64,000 nt of DNA from Eledone cirrhosa (taxonomy: Eukaryota), in the NCBI GenBank assembly GCA_964016885.1, contig OZ024754.1:20398001-20462000 (forward strand). The letters are read 5' to 3'. The notes under the pieces were generated by a model. That model was not told the origin of the DNA and made no database searches. It was given only the letters and a program-made list of their open reading frames with translations. Below are positions 1-10,651 of the stretch, in pieces (position 1 is the stretch's first letter; every line of letters starts with the position of its first letter). A program made the position numbers and the translations under genes.

Positions 1-87
1 TTTATTCCTTGTTTGAAATGTGCCAGTAAACCATAACCAATTAGACGGGATGACTGATGACACATGCCGCCTAAAAATGTATATATA

Positions 88-158
88 GTGTATTTTGCAA
101 TGCACCGTATTCTTAATTGAAAGCATTGTGAAGACCATACGCTATTGTTTTAAAGTAG
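88..158. repeat. Dispersed repeat fragment (second copy at about 53993-54062)
   Basis: gtgtattttgcaatgcaccgtattcttaattgaaagcattgtgaagaccatacgctattgttttaaagt matches gtgtattttgcaatacactgtatgcttaattaaaagcatttcgaagaccttacgctattgttttagagt near 53993. Confidence 0.7.
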
Positions 159-276
159 TGTCAATGTCACTTATTTAAATTTTTGAGCAAACAGGGGAGA
201 TAAACTGCCAGAGCTCTCTTTCGTACTTTTTGGTACTTATCAAAGCTTACTACTCCTCCTGTTTGCTAAAGATTAT

Positions 277-913
277 GTGTGTCTTATCTCTTGAAGAACT
301 TCAAGATGAGTGAGGAATGAATGAATGAAAGGGAGATAATAGGTGGCTTAGAGAGTTAGAGAGAGATAGGTAGCCATCATGGCCTATAGCATCTCAGGGC
401 AAAATAAACCGATACCTATATTAGACAAGGCGAAATGTTAATGTTAGGATTTCAAAGTGAGTAGATGACTTCGTAGAGACAACGAAATGATAAATACAAC
501 AGCACTAATGATAATGTAAGAGAGAGGAAGGGGGTAGATGACTTCGTAGAGAGACAGCATGGGAAAAGAAAACGAGGGTAAAAAATAAACGTGTTGTGGA
601 GGTTAGTGAAATGATAAATACAACAATAATAGTGTGAGCGGAACATTTGCAATTGGGAAATAGAGGGATACCTGGAAGATATATATGGATGGCCGGAACA
701 TGATTTAGCAGCTCTAGTGATTCATTTTATCCTTTCAGAATCAAGTGTGTCTTATATCTTGAAGAACTTCAAGATGAGTGAGGAATGAATGAATGAAAGG
801 GAAAGGGAGGTAATAGGTGGCTTAGAGAGAGAGGTAGCCATCATGGCCTATTGCATTTCAGGGCGAAATAAACCGATACGAGTACCTATATTAGACAAGG
901 CGAAATATTAGGA
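277..913. repeat. Direct duplication of about 170 bp (277-450 and 745-913), with a smaller internal duplication between the copies
   Basis: Both copies read gtgtgtcttat.tcttgaagaacttcaagatgagtgaggaatgaatgaatgaaaggg...ggtagccatcatggcctat...aataaaccgatac...ctatattagacaaggcgaaat.tta. The motifs gtagatgacttcgtagaga and aatgataaatacaaca each occur twice in 461-625. Confidence 0.85.
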
Positions 914-1388
914 TGTAGTGACCCCTAGCGGTGGAACCCAGAACTCATAAGAGTTACGTCCCTTTGGGACGGTAGTGACCCCTAGTGTCACCTACAAGCA
1001 GAATCGGAGTTACGTCCCCATTGGGACTATATATTGAGACTCCCAGGACATTCTCTCTCTCTCTCTTTCGCTCCTTCACTCTGATTAGCGATGTAGCAGC
1101 CCTGGAGAACGGAACTCATTTCTCCCACGACACGTGTGGAGGCCAATACCTAACTACACCAGTGAACATGTAAGAGCCTTCTTTCACCAACAACTAACTC
1201 CAGCACAAACTTTGGTCTCAATCATTCCGGCTACCTGAACATAAACAAACTCTGTAACTCCGGTAACTTATATATCGTTCTCTTTTGACTTCCGTGAAGT
1301 AAACCTAGCTACAAACAAATTAAATCAACCTTTCATGTTATGTCTCAAACAGTAATAAAATATATATATATAATACCATTCTTCTAAA
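914..1388 (+). repeat. 5' LTR (about 475 bp)
   Basis: Begins TGTAG and ends CTAAA (probably decayed CTACA) 1 nt before the PBS. TATA-like tatatat at about 1028. The first ~120 nt are repeated at 4336-4456 with one mismatch. Confidence 0.8.
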
Positions 1389-1389
1389 G

Positions 1390-1400
1390 TGGTGACCCCG
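1390..1400 (+). promoter_or_regulatory. Primer-binding site complementary to the tRNA-Trp 3' end
   Basis: TGGTGACCCCG is complementary to ...CGGGGUCACCA of metazoan tRNA-Trp(CCA), the primer typical of the CsRn1 clade. Confidence 0.85.
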
Positions 1401-1934
1401 AAAAAAATAATAGGGAGTGGTGTTATACGTATATAAAAATAAAAAACATTTAATACAGAACAACACGTTTTTTTTTTTCTGATATGGCTGCATTTATTTA
1501 TATTAACAACTTTCTCTGTAATTACCAAGCTCCTCATTTTTGCAAAACGAACCTTCCAATTATTTACACAAAAAGAAATAATGTTGCTAGCTTCCTAGCA
1601 AAAAGAACAATTGCATAAATTTATTTTCTTTCTTCTTTCCTTCTTTTCTTTGCTAAATTTTTGAGGATGTCAAGATGGTGGCTTTCTTCTTCATAAAAGT
1701 TTTTTTTGGCGCGAAACTGTCCGCCATATTGGTTTTCGTTTTAGGTTCGACGCAAATGTATTATTAATGCTATTGCTTGGTTAGTCGCTCCCTTACATAT
1801 TATCTCGGATGCATTCTTTTTCCTGTCCGGTTGTTTGACAGAGAAAAACAAGTGGAATTATTTTCTTTTTTCCCTTGGGTCCGAAATATTTTTTATACGG
1901 AGACACATTTTGGCCGCTTAGTGAGATTGTACCA

Positions 1935-2716
1935 ATGGCATCTCATTCTGTTCTCCCTACTTACGCGGGCGACGTAAAGTTATGGTTCGCCCAAATGGAA
2001 GCATTTTTTTAGGCCAACAAAATCAATGAGGTACGGCAACGTCCACTCTTCCTTAGTGCAATTCCGCCGGCACTTATCCCAGCGATTAAGGCCCTCGTAG
2101 TGGAGACACCTTCTGACGCAACTTACAAGTCATTGAAGGCCGGACTGCACAGTCCGCCGAGAAACGATTTAGAGCTCTGGTCAATTTAGAGCATATCGGT
2201 GATGGCACGTCATCGAACCTCTTACGGAGAATGAAAGACCCAACGGAAGGCTTCGGTAGCGGAGACTGCGATTTTGAAGCAGTTGTTTTTCTTGCGTCTA
2301 CCAACCAACGTCCAAGCAATTTTGGCTCCCATTCGGGATACATGCTCAGTCGACCAACTTGCCGCTTCGGCGGATAAGGTTTTTGAGGTCACGGGCGCTG
2401 GAGGCAGCGAGGCTCTTTCCGCTGTTTCTCACCCAGCTCAGGCCATCCCACCTGTGCAGCTACTCATACTGACAGCGCGGCTATAATGGATATGCAGAAA
2501 GCCATTCAGGAACTTCCTGGAGCTACAGAAGCTGAAGGCCTCTAGTGGTGCTTGTTCGCGTTCGCGCAGCCGCGGTAGATCTTACTCTTTTAGACACCAC
2601 CCCAGGTACCAGCCTCATCTTTATGCTGGTACCACGAGGGTTTTGCCGAGAACGCGAACCATTGTGTGCAACCTTGTTCGTTTCTAAAGTCGGGAAACGC
2701 CAGAGAGGTTCTCTGA
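1935..2716 (+). pseudogene. gag: gag pseudogene of the Gypsy element
   Basis: ATG at 1935 gives MASHSVLPTYAGDVKLWFAQMEAFF* (LWFxQxEA-type Gag N-terminus), then LKQLFFLRLP...DQLAASADKV, and C-terminal [18 protein letters not shown] (Cx2Hx9Cx3C). Contains internal stop and frameshifts. Confidence 0.85.
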
Positions 2717-4150
2717 CGGCGGCAGCTAACCTCAGAATAAACCCACCAAACCGCCATTTCTTCATCAAGGACCTTATGTCTGGGAGAGGCTTCCTCGTGG
2801 ATACAGGAGCCTCCTGTAGTATTTGGCCGGTCCATTGCCTAAAAGATACCCCTGTGGAGTCATCCGTTACTCTGCAGGCCGTTAACCACTCGCCTATAAA
2901 GACGTACGGACAAATCTCACTTCCTCTCAAATTCCTAAATCTTTGTAGGGATTTTAAATGGATTTTTACGGTCGCTGACTTGCCATACCCTATCTTAGGA
3001 GCGGATTTCCTCCACAATTTCTCTTTGACTATGGACGTCCGTGGCCAACGTCTGGTGGATGACATCACCGGTTTTTCAGTTCGTGGCCGAAAAGCCAATG
3101 CTCCAACGGTAAGCCCTTTATTATTCATCACTGCCGCTGGAGACGCCTACCATTCGTTATTAAGTTCTCTCCGGGAGTTCACCGATGGAAATTTTCGAGT
3201 TACTGAGCCAACTCACTCAACCGAACACTTCATTTCCACCACCGGTGCTCCAGTGTTTTCACGTCCACGCCGTTTACCGGCGGACAAATTAAATGCAGCA
3301 CGGTCCGAGTTCGACCATATGCTGCAGCTGGGCATTATTCGCCCATCTACGAGTCCTTGGGCTTCACCGTTACATATGGTGCCCAAGACTTCTGGCGACT
3401 GGAGACCCACTGGGGATTATAGGAGGTTAAACGCTATGACCGTCCCGGATAGATATCCGATTCCCCCATCTCCAGGATTTCGCATCTTCATTGCAGGGTT
3501 GTAAGATTTTCTCCAAACTCGATTTAGTGCGAGCTTACCACCAAATTCCGGTCAGCAAGGAAGACATTCCGAAAACAGCTATTACGATTCCTTTCGGATC
3601 CTTCGAGTTTTTTTACCATGCCTTTCGGACTCAGAAATTCCGCTAGCACTCTTCAGCGGTTCATAGACGAGGTAACTCGTGGTCTGGACTTCGTTTATGC
3701 ATATATAGATGATCTTCTCGTCGCTAGTTCCTCTCCAGAAGAACATATACGTCACCTGAACCTTTTATTTCGCTGACTCCAGGATTACCGCGTTTGAGTG
3801 AACCCCGCAAACTGTATTTTCGGATCCGCTTCACTGAATTTCTTAGGTCATCTCATTGACAGAGAGGGTATCCGCCCCCTTCCACAACGAGTTAAAGCTA
3901 TACAGGATCTACCTCCGCCTACTACACTTCACCAGTTGCGTCACTTCTTAGGCCTAATCAATTTTTATAGACGTTTCGTTCCTCATTGTGCAAAATTACT
4001 ATCTTCCCTTACCGAGATTTTGAAAAATCATCGTTAGAAGAATAAGGGTATTTCCTTGACAGAAGGACAACTCGAAGATTTCCAGACTGCCAAGGCAGCA
4101 CTTGCTAATTCATCTTTGCTAGCCCACCCAGTACCAGAGGCCCAAAAATC
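2692..4150 (+). pseudogene. pol: pol pseudogene: aspartic protease, reverse transcriptase, start of the RNase H region
   Basis: FLVDTGAS and ILGADFL (protease). [46 protein letters not shown] and FLGLINFYRRF (RT). Frameshifts near 3465 and 3610, stops near 3774 and 4035. Homology ends at LAHPVPEAQ, about 4145. Confidence 0.92.
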
Positions 4151-4335
4151 TCTGCCAGACTTTTTTTTACATGAACTGGCCACTGAAGCCTTTTGTTTTC
4201 TTTTTTAATAAACTATGTATGCATGTACTTTTTGATTTATTTTAGATACTGTTTCATGCCTTTGCTTGGAACCCACCCTTGGGGGTTCGCTGCACTTACC
4301 TTCGGGCTTTTCGCCTATCGTCTGGAGTAGGGTAT

Positions 4336-4449
4336 TGTAGTGACCCCTAGCGGTGGAACCCAGAACTCATAAGAGTTACGTCCCTTTGGGACGGTAGTGA
4401 CCCCTAGTGTCACCTACAAGAAGAATCGGAGTTACGTCCCCATTGGGAC

Positions 4450-4456
<7 letters not shown>
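4336..4456 (+). repeat. 3' LTR, truncated at the TATA element where it runs into a (TA)n/(TG)n microsatellite
   Basis: Matches 914-1034 with one mismatch, then the homology stops. Confidence 0.9.
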
Positions 4457-4480
<24 letters not shown>

Positions 4481-4524
4481 ATACATATATATATATATGT
4501 GTGTATGTACATATATGTATATAT

Positions 4525-4670
4525 GGAGGCACATGGCTTAGTGTTAGAGCATTGGCCTTGCAATCGAAAGGTTGTGAGTTCAATTCTCAGACCGGGTGAT
4601 GTGTTGTTTCCTTGAGCAAGACACTTTATTTCACATTGCTCCAGTTTACTCAGCTGCAGAAATGAGATGA
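4525..4670 (+). mobile_element. tRNA-derived SINE
   Basis: A-box TGGCTTAGTG and B-box GTTCAATTC, followed by cttgagcaagacactttatttcacattgctccagt. Related copies at 9150-9420 (+) and 9985-10178 (-). Confidence 0.75.
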
Positions 4671-4699
4671 TAGGACTGGTGTCCCTATCATTCCACTGC

Positions 4700-4910
4700 A
4701 AAGGGGTCGTGGACATGCCACGGCAAAAAGCACTCAGCCCACACTATAAAGTGGACGTGTAGGCGCCACGGAAAAATAAAGCACCAGCACTCACTGTAAA
4801 TGAAGTTGGTGTTAGGAAGGGCATCCAGCTGTAGAAATCAAGCCAGAATCAGTTCCCGTCCCACCCTTGCAAGCAGGGAAAAGCGGACGTATGATGATGA
4901 TGATGATGAT
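4700..4910 (+). mobile_element. SINE-like dispersed repeat with (ATG/GAT)n tail (Ceph/RTE-UTR-like core)
   Basis: gttggtgttaggaagggcatccagctgtagaaa...cccttgcaagcagggaaaagcggacgta(tga)n, repeated at 37675-37870 (-), 45127-45405, 50540-50736 and 51100-51390. Tails alone near 38310, 45727 (-), 48467 and 60078. Confidence 0.75.
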
Positions 4911-4974
4911 ATATATATATATATATGTGTATATAAATGTATATATATATATACACATATATACACTATATGCT

Positions 4975-5418
4975 AAGTAACAGGAAAACAATTGTGGCCG
5001 CTTTACCTAGTGTACCTATTGAGATAAAAATACCTAAAAGAGGCGTACATTTGCTGTACGTTTAATTCTTGGCAATTTTCAGAGGCCTGCAGATGGAAAA
5101 ATATACAAAATACACTTGATTTGATAAGATATTTGAACTCTACAGAAAAAGTTATCCCCAAACACATGATTTCAAAGTTGTGCTTACCTTATTACAGGAG
5201 AAATGGCTGTTTCAAGTTGGTCCAAGAGGCTCGTTCGGAAAAAAAATGTATAATTAATTAATATTTTAAAGGCCTACAATTTCAAAACTATCAAAGATAT
5301 TGACCTAATACTTGATATTTGACCTAATACTTGAATATTTGGAGCTAGTGTGAATTTTTTCAGGAGGATCTGAGGGGGTGACCTGGGACTCTCTGGGTGA
5401 TTTGAAATGGAATAACCC
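4975..5418. mobile_element. Possible DNA-transposon/MITE terminal fragment
   Basis: Ends ctgggtgatttgaaatggaataaccc, which resembles a terminal inverted repeat. No partner TIR was seen. Confidence 0.3.
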
Positions 5419-5759
5419 TATAGTGTATAAATCATTGTGAGATATGTAATAAATAATTGTTTCTACTTTTGTCACAAGGCCAGCAATTACCCCAATGCAT
5501 TATTGGTACTTTATTTTATTGACCCCGCAAGGATGAAAGGCAAATAATAAATGTAACTATGCATACGTACACATTTACTTACATTTATATATCAGCTGTG
5601 CTAGGGCGAAAAATGAAATTGTAATAAATAATAAAGTGTTTGGAAAGTCAGTACAATGTGGATCGAAATATAATGAGGGTACAGGGATCAAAGGATGACA
5701 AAACAAAATATTGTTTTTACTCAATATATTTCACCATATTTCAAGGTAAATACCTGCAC

Positions 5760-6185
5760 TCTGTCGAGTAACATTACTCCAAAGCTCCTTCAGAGAAACC
5801 CCATAGTAACAGAGATGTTATCTCTCAATTCAGAGAAGTAACGGCTTTACCTGGAATGACCCTCCATTCTCCCAGTTACGCACTTCATCGAGTAACGCCA
5901 CTCCAAAGACTCTTCAGAGGAACCCCATTTCGACTGCTTGTATTCGCGATTGTATTTTTCCGGTCATTATCCAAGATTCATGACCATAGGTAAGGGTTGG
6001 TTGGCACGAAAACTGAATTAAAGAGAGCGAGTTTGGCTTTTACACCAATCTCCTTTCTTCTGATTACCTAATGCTGAAGCTGGCGCATTACTACATCAGC
6101 TCCTGCTATTCTTACACATAATTCAGCCTCCTGCCTTCCATCAATCATGAACACAGCCTCAAGATACTTCAACTTCTCCACCTAC
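5760..6185 (-). mobile_element. RTE-clade LINE fragment (same family as 52050-53145)
   Basis: The reverse complement matches about 52537-52825 (aggtagagaagttcaagtatct...aacccttacctatggtcatgaatcttgg...aaatgggtttcctctgaag). Confidence 0.8.
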
Positions 6186-6749
6186 TTCAGTGAGAATGAG
6201 ACAAGAAAGATTGTTCCAGGTAGAGGGATCTCCTTGTTAAGCCTTCCCGATAAAGTATATTGGCTACAAATCTTATTTTGTTTTGTTTTTGTTATCCTTT
6301 TACCAAGTACTAAAATTGCTGGCCTCGTGCTTAAATTAGAAATCTTTATTGTACAATGATGTCTTTCATCCTTCAGTGGACAATAAAGAAAGTAGTGGGA
6401 CTGATATAAGCAGCGTGGACTTGTGTCCAACTCTTGGTTTAATGACATTTCCTATTATTTTTGCCTTTATGTCGTTTATTCTTCCAGTGTCAATAAAATA
6501 ATGTACCGGTACTAGTTACATACTGAGATCAATATAAGCAGCGTGGACTTGTGTAAAATTCTTGGCTTATCAGCATTCAGTCTTATCTTAAACTAGTGGA
6601 CCAGTGTTGTCAATAATGACCAAAATGGCTTGGAACATATTTAATTTTTGGAGTCCAAGGATTGCTGGATATATGAACAATCATAAAGAAAATGGTTTGC
6701 ATAAAACAAATTCTATAGTTTATGCTAATTACTGGTATATTATGTAATA

Positions 6750-7400
6750 ATTGTTTCTACGTTAGGCACAAGGCCAGAAATTACCCAGTGTATTACTGGT
6801 ACTTTTAATAATGATTAAAGATAAGAATGATATTTTAATAATTTGCTTACATAAATATTAAGCAAAGATGTACAAATGAAATACAGGATTAAATGTATGA
6901 GAAACTTTGGACTCAGACCATATAAATTCGTAACTAAACACTGCAAAGCATTTTGACTGATGTTCTACCGAATCTGTCAATCCACCGTCCTTAATATTGG
7001 TTTCTGATTCAGGCACAAGGCTAACAATTTTGAGGGAAGGGAAAGTCGATCAAGTCGACCCCAGCACATTACAGGTACTTTGGTTTATCGACCCCGTATG
7101 GCAAACTTAACCTCGGCAGGATTTAAACCCAGGGCGTAACCCTATTCCATAAAGCATGTTGTCCGACACTCTACCGATTACTGCCAATCTCTCTCCCTTA
7201 ATGTTGATTTCTATTTCAGCTGCATGGTGGAGCAAATTTTGTGGGAAGGGACAAAGTTGGTTAAATCAACCCCAGTGCATTACTGGTATTTTGTTTTATC
7301 GACCCCGTAAGGATGAAAGGCAAAGCTAACCTCGGCAGTATAAATCACCCCAGTGCATTACTGGTGCTTTATTTTATCGATCCCGGAAGGATGAGAGATA
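6750..7400 (-). mobile_element. Cluster of tandem or partial CORE-like tRNA-derived SINE copies
   Basis: Repeated ggcacaaggccagcaat...ccccagtgcattactggtacttt.ttttatcgacccc.taaggatgaaaggcaaagttaacctcggc. Other copies at about 5455-5545, 8245-8400, 48700-48900 and 49417-49635. Confidence 0.75.
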
Positions 7401-7948
7401 AGAATGTAAGACAATACGAAACATTGCTCTGCCAAGAGTTTTATACAAGTCAACACCGCTTATTTCTTTGGTCTAGTCGTCAATGGTAACTAGGTAGCTT
7501 TTTAAAAAAGCAATGGAATTTGTCGAGATTTTCAGAGAACAGTTGCATAATTTGGCAATTTTCCATAGTCTGCGGGTGGATTCCACCGAATAATAATAAT
7601 AACAATAAAGGCAAGTGTTCATAACTACTTTTTTTCAGAAGAAACCTGATCGTACTGCATCATTTGAAATACTAGAACAGTAAAATAACTTGTCATCAAA
7701 CTACTATAAACACACACAACTAAACACTCCGTTATTTCCTCATTTTTTTACTTACAGAAACACACACACACACATAATTACATACACATATACATGTATA
7801 TATAATATTTATACTCACATATAATAAGCATGTATACATACACAAGTATGCATAACATAATTTTACACACATAAGCATGCACAGACATATAAAAGTACAC
7901 ATAAGCATACATACACACATAAATACACAGTACACACAAATACACAGT

Positions 7949-8004
<56 letters not shown>

Positions 8005-8244
8005 GTACACATAATTCTGCAGACATACACACACATTATTCATACAATTATATACACATACAACGAGAAAACTACTCACATTTACATACACACACAAGTA
8101 CAAAATAAATGAGAAACTTTCTGTGGAATTTTGAAATGTTGATGAAACAGAAGGAAGTGAATGTATTGTCTGAGTAGCTACTGGTCCGCCGTCGGTTACG
8201 ACGACGAGTGTTTCACAATAGAATGAACTGCTCGTGAAATTAAT

Positions 8245-8400
8245 TGTTTCTACTTCTGGCACAAGGCCAGCAATTATCCCAGTGTATTACTGGTACTTTA
8301 TTTTATCGACCCCCGTAAGGATGAAAGGCAAAGTTAACCTCGACGGGATTTGAATTCAGACCGTAAAGGGCCGTAATTCTATTGATACTGCCAATCCACC
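8245..8400 (-). mobile_element. CORE-like SINE copy
   Basis: Same consensus as 6750-7400, including the B-box complement gatttgaattc. Confidence 0.7.
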
Positions 8401-9149
8401 AGCATTCCAAAAACACGTGTATCTATAACCCATTCATTACAATATTTCTAACAAAAGACACTGTCTATGACTTTCAAATATTATAGTTAAGAATTTTGAA
8501 AGTTAGTTAATACGACTCACCTCGTTCTTAAGCTGGTGTTTGGAAAATAATAGGTTCTTAAGTATGAAATGTCCGATTTCCTTATGCACTTTCAATTTGA
8601 AATCGAACATTTCATGCTTAATGACCTGATAATTTAAAGTTTCTCACATAAAACAGCAGCATATTGTAGACAGAGGTGTAACTTTGGAAGACAGCTCCTA
8701 TGGCATACAGAGAAATGTATCCCTACCCAAATATCTGAGACACATCTTTCAGATAAACAGAAAATCAACTCAAAAATACCAATCGCGTTCGTTAATGTCT
8801 TTTAATTGAAAACAATACATGAAAATTACAACAGCATCGTCTTTGCTTCTCCTGGTGTAAATTTGTCTATTATGTAGGTGTATATCATAAAGGAGAGAGC
8901 TTCCATGCAGAATATTTAAGGTCAACTTTAGGACATTGTTTGGTGGCGTAGCTGTCATAAAGGGGAAGGAATAGCATGCATGCAAAACAAAATCACTATC
9001 AAAACCATAACACTTACCTTGCTTTTGTTTTTCCCACGGTAAGACCCGTGCACCTTGCAGTACACCATGTACTTTGACCAGAATTATGTAAAACGTCATC
9101 AATCAACGAGCTGACATCATAGTACATGACATCCAGAGCCAAAATGACT

Positions 9150-9420
9150 ACGGTAAAAAATCGGAGTCGTAATGTAATGTGTTCGATTTATGGACTGGGT
9201 TGTGTGTCGTGTTCTTGAACAAAATGCTTCGTTTCACGTGCTTCCAGTATACTCAGCTGAAAACGAGTACCAACTGCAATAACTGGGGGATTAAACCTGC
9301 AATGGTCTGGCGTCCTGTCCAGGGGGGGGGGGGGTCTTGTACTCTCAGTCACTTAACACCACGGAAACCGGCATAAGCACCGCCCTGATGAACCTCCAAG
9401 TTCGAAACAGACTTTAGACT
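9150..9420 (+). mobile_element. tRNA-derived SINE (decayed)
   Basis: B-box-like gttcgattt, core gtgttcttgaacaaaatgcttcgtttcacgtgcttccagt similar to 4600-4650, and a 3' end with a gacttta repeat. Confidence 0.6.
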
Positions 9421-9984
9421 TAGATTCATTTTAGCAAACATAGGCCCTAATGGACCACATGTGGGAAGCTACATACTAGATCATGGAATTGGCAGCACAG
9501 TTTAATTAATCGAGGAGGTATTAAACTGTATTTTCATTTGTTCAACAGATATCTTTTACGCCTAGCTAAACGTGAAATATTTGCTAAAGTTTTAGTGTAT
9601 TTAAAGGGAGAGATCTGTGTAATACTGATCTTTGATGAATATAAGACCCAATTAAAATATTTGACAAGTCATGATATACGGTATGCCTATGTGGTCATGT
9701 AGTTCTCAGGCACTGTATTTTTACCTATAGGGGCCTAATAATTTCTATAAACAATTTAATGATCCAGTCACCATAGTGTTTCTTTTCATCCATGATAATC
9801 AGACAGATCCATAGATTTGAAAAAGTTTCTTTTTTTACTCTTCAACGATATAATTTATCTGACTTTAACAGAAAGTGCCCCTAGTCGAAATGACGCTCCC
9901 TCTCCTTCAAGTGACGCTTATGGCACGTGCCATGGGCGTCATACACTGATCGTAGAAAATGGGCTTTGATATAAAAAGAGTTAA

Positions 9985-10178
9985 TATAGTGAGATTCAGT
10001 ATGACACTATATATGACAAGACTGACTCTTGAAATACAATTACTGCCCAGTTTTACCTGCTAAGTCAACTGGAGCAGCGGGAAATAATATTGCTTGCTCA
10101 AGGATACAACACGCCATTGTGAATCAAGCTCACAACATTTATATCTTGTGCTGAACACTTTAACCATTAAGCTATAAG
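9985..10178 (-). mobile_element. tRNA-derived SINE (decayed)
   Basis: actggagcagcgggaaataatattgcttgctcaaggatacaaca is the reverse complement of the SINE core at 4600-4650. Confidence 0.65.
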
Positions 10179-10448
10179 ACTTCATACACATACATACATA
10201 TGCACACACAAACATATTCACATAGTTATATACATAGACATGACCACATATACACATTCATATACAAACCCACAACCACATATATAGTCATATAAGCAAC
10301 TACATATATAGTCATATAAGCAAAGAGATATTTAATTTGTTGGTTATTCAATAAATTTATTTATAACAGATTCGAAGCACTCTACAGTTTTCTGGAGTAT
10401 AATATCAATGATATTAATAAATGGAAACTATCTTTATGAAATCATATT

Positions 10449-10509
10449 TATTTTATTATATATATTTCAAGGGTACCAAAATTTTGGTACGCACTCATCA
10501 GATAAAATA
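10449..10509 (-). ncRNA. Minimal type I hammerhead ribozyme motif
   Basis: Minus strand: tattttat CTGATGA gtgc-gtaccaaaattttggtac-cctt GAAA tatata TA ataaaata. Perfect 8-bp stem I and palindromic stem III; the base of stem II is imperfect. Confidence 0.7.
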
Positions 10510-10590
10510 CAAAGTTTGTTTTATCCAAACTGAACCTGAACCGATAAGGTCTGGTTTCTTGGTATGTCACCATTTATAAAACAAACTTTG

Positions 10591-10651
10591 TATTTTATCT
10601 GATGAGATCGTACTAAAATTTTGGTACCCTTGAAATATATATAATAGAATA
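10591..10651 (+). ncRNA. Minimal type I hammerhead ribozyme motif
   Basis: tattttat CTGATGA gatc-gtactaaaattttggtac-cctt GAAA tatata TA atagaata. Confidence 0.7.

Larger units (their letters stand above)
914..4456 (+). mobile_element. Ty3/Gypsy LTR retrotransposon, CsRn1/Kabuki-like; defective (most of RNase H and all of integrase missing, 3' LTR truncated)
   Basis: LTR starting TGTAG at 914 is repeated at 4336. PBS TGGTGACCCCG at 1390, gag with CHCC motif, protease and RT motifs, and a purine-rich tract (ggagtagggta) just before the 3' LTR. Confidence 0.93.

Noticed and set aside
2523-3131. Antisense ORFs over Gypsy gag/pol (also 36516-36974)
   Set aside because: Shadow frames of retrotransposon coding sequence with no independent motifs.
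4525-4600. tRNA gene
   Set aside because: A and B boxes are present but there is no cloverleaf, and it continues into a SINE body that is multicopy in the window.
9380-9420. CTGATGA...GAAA hammerhead-like core
   Set aside because: Stem II is out of register and stems I and III do not close. It lies in a SINE 3' end.
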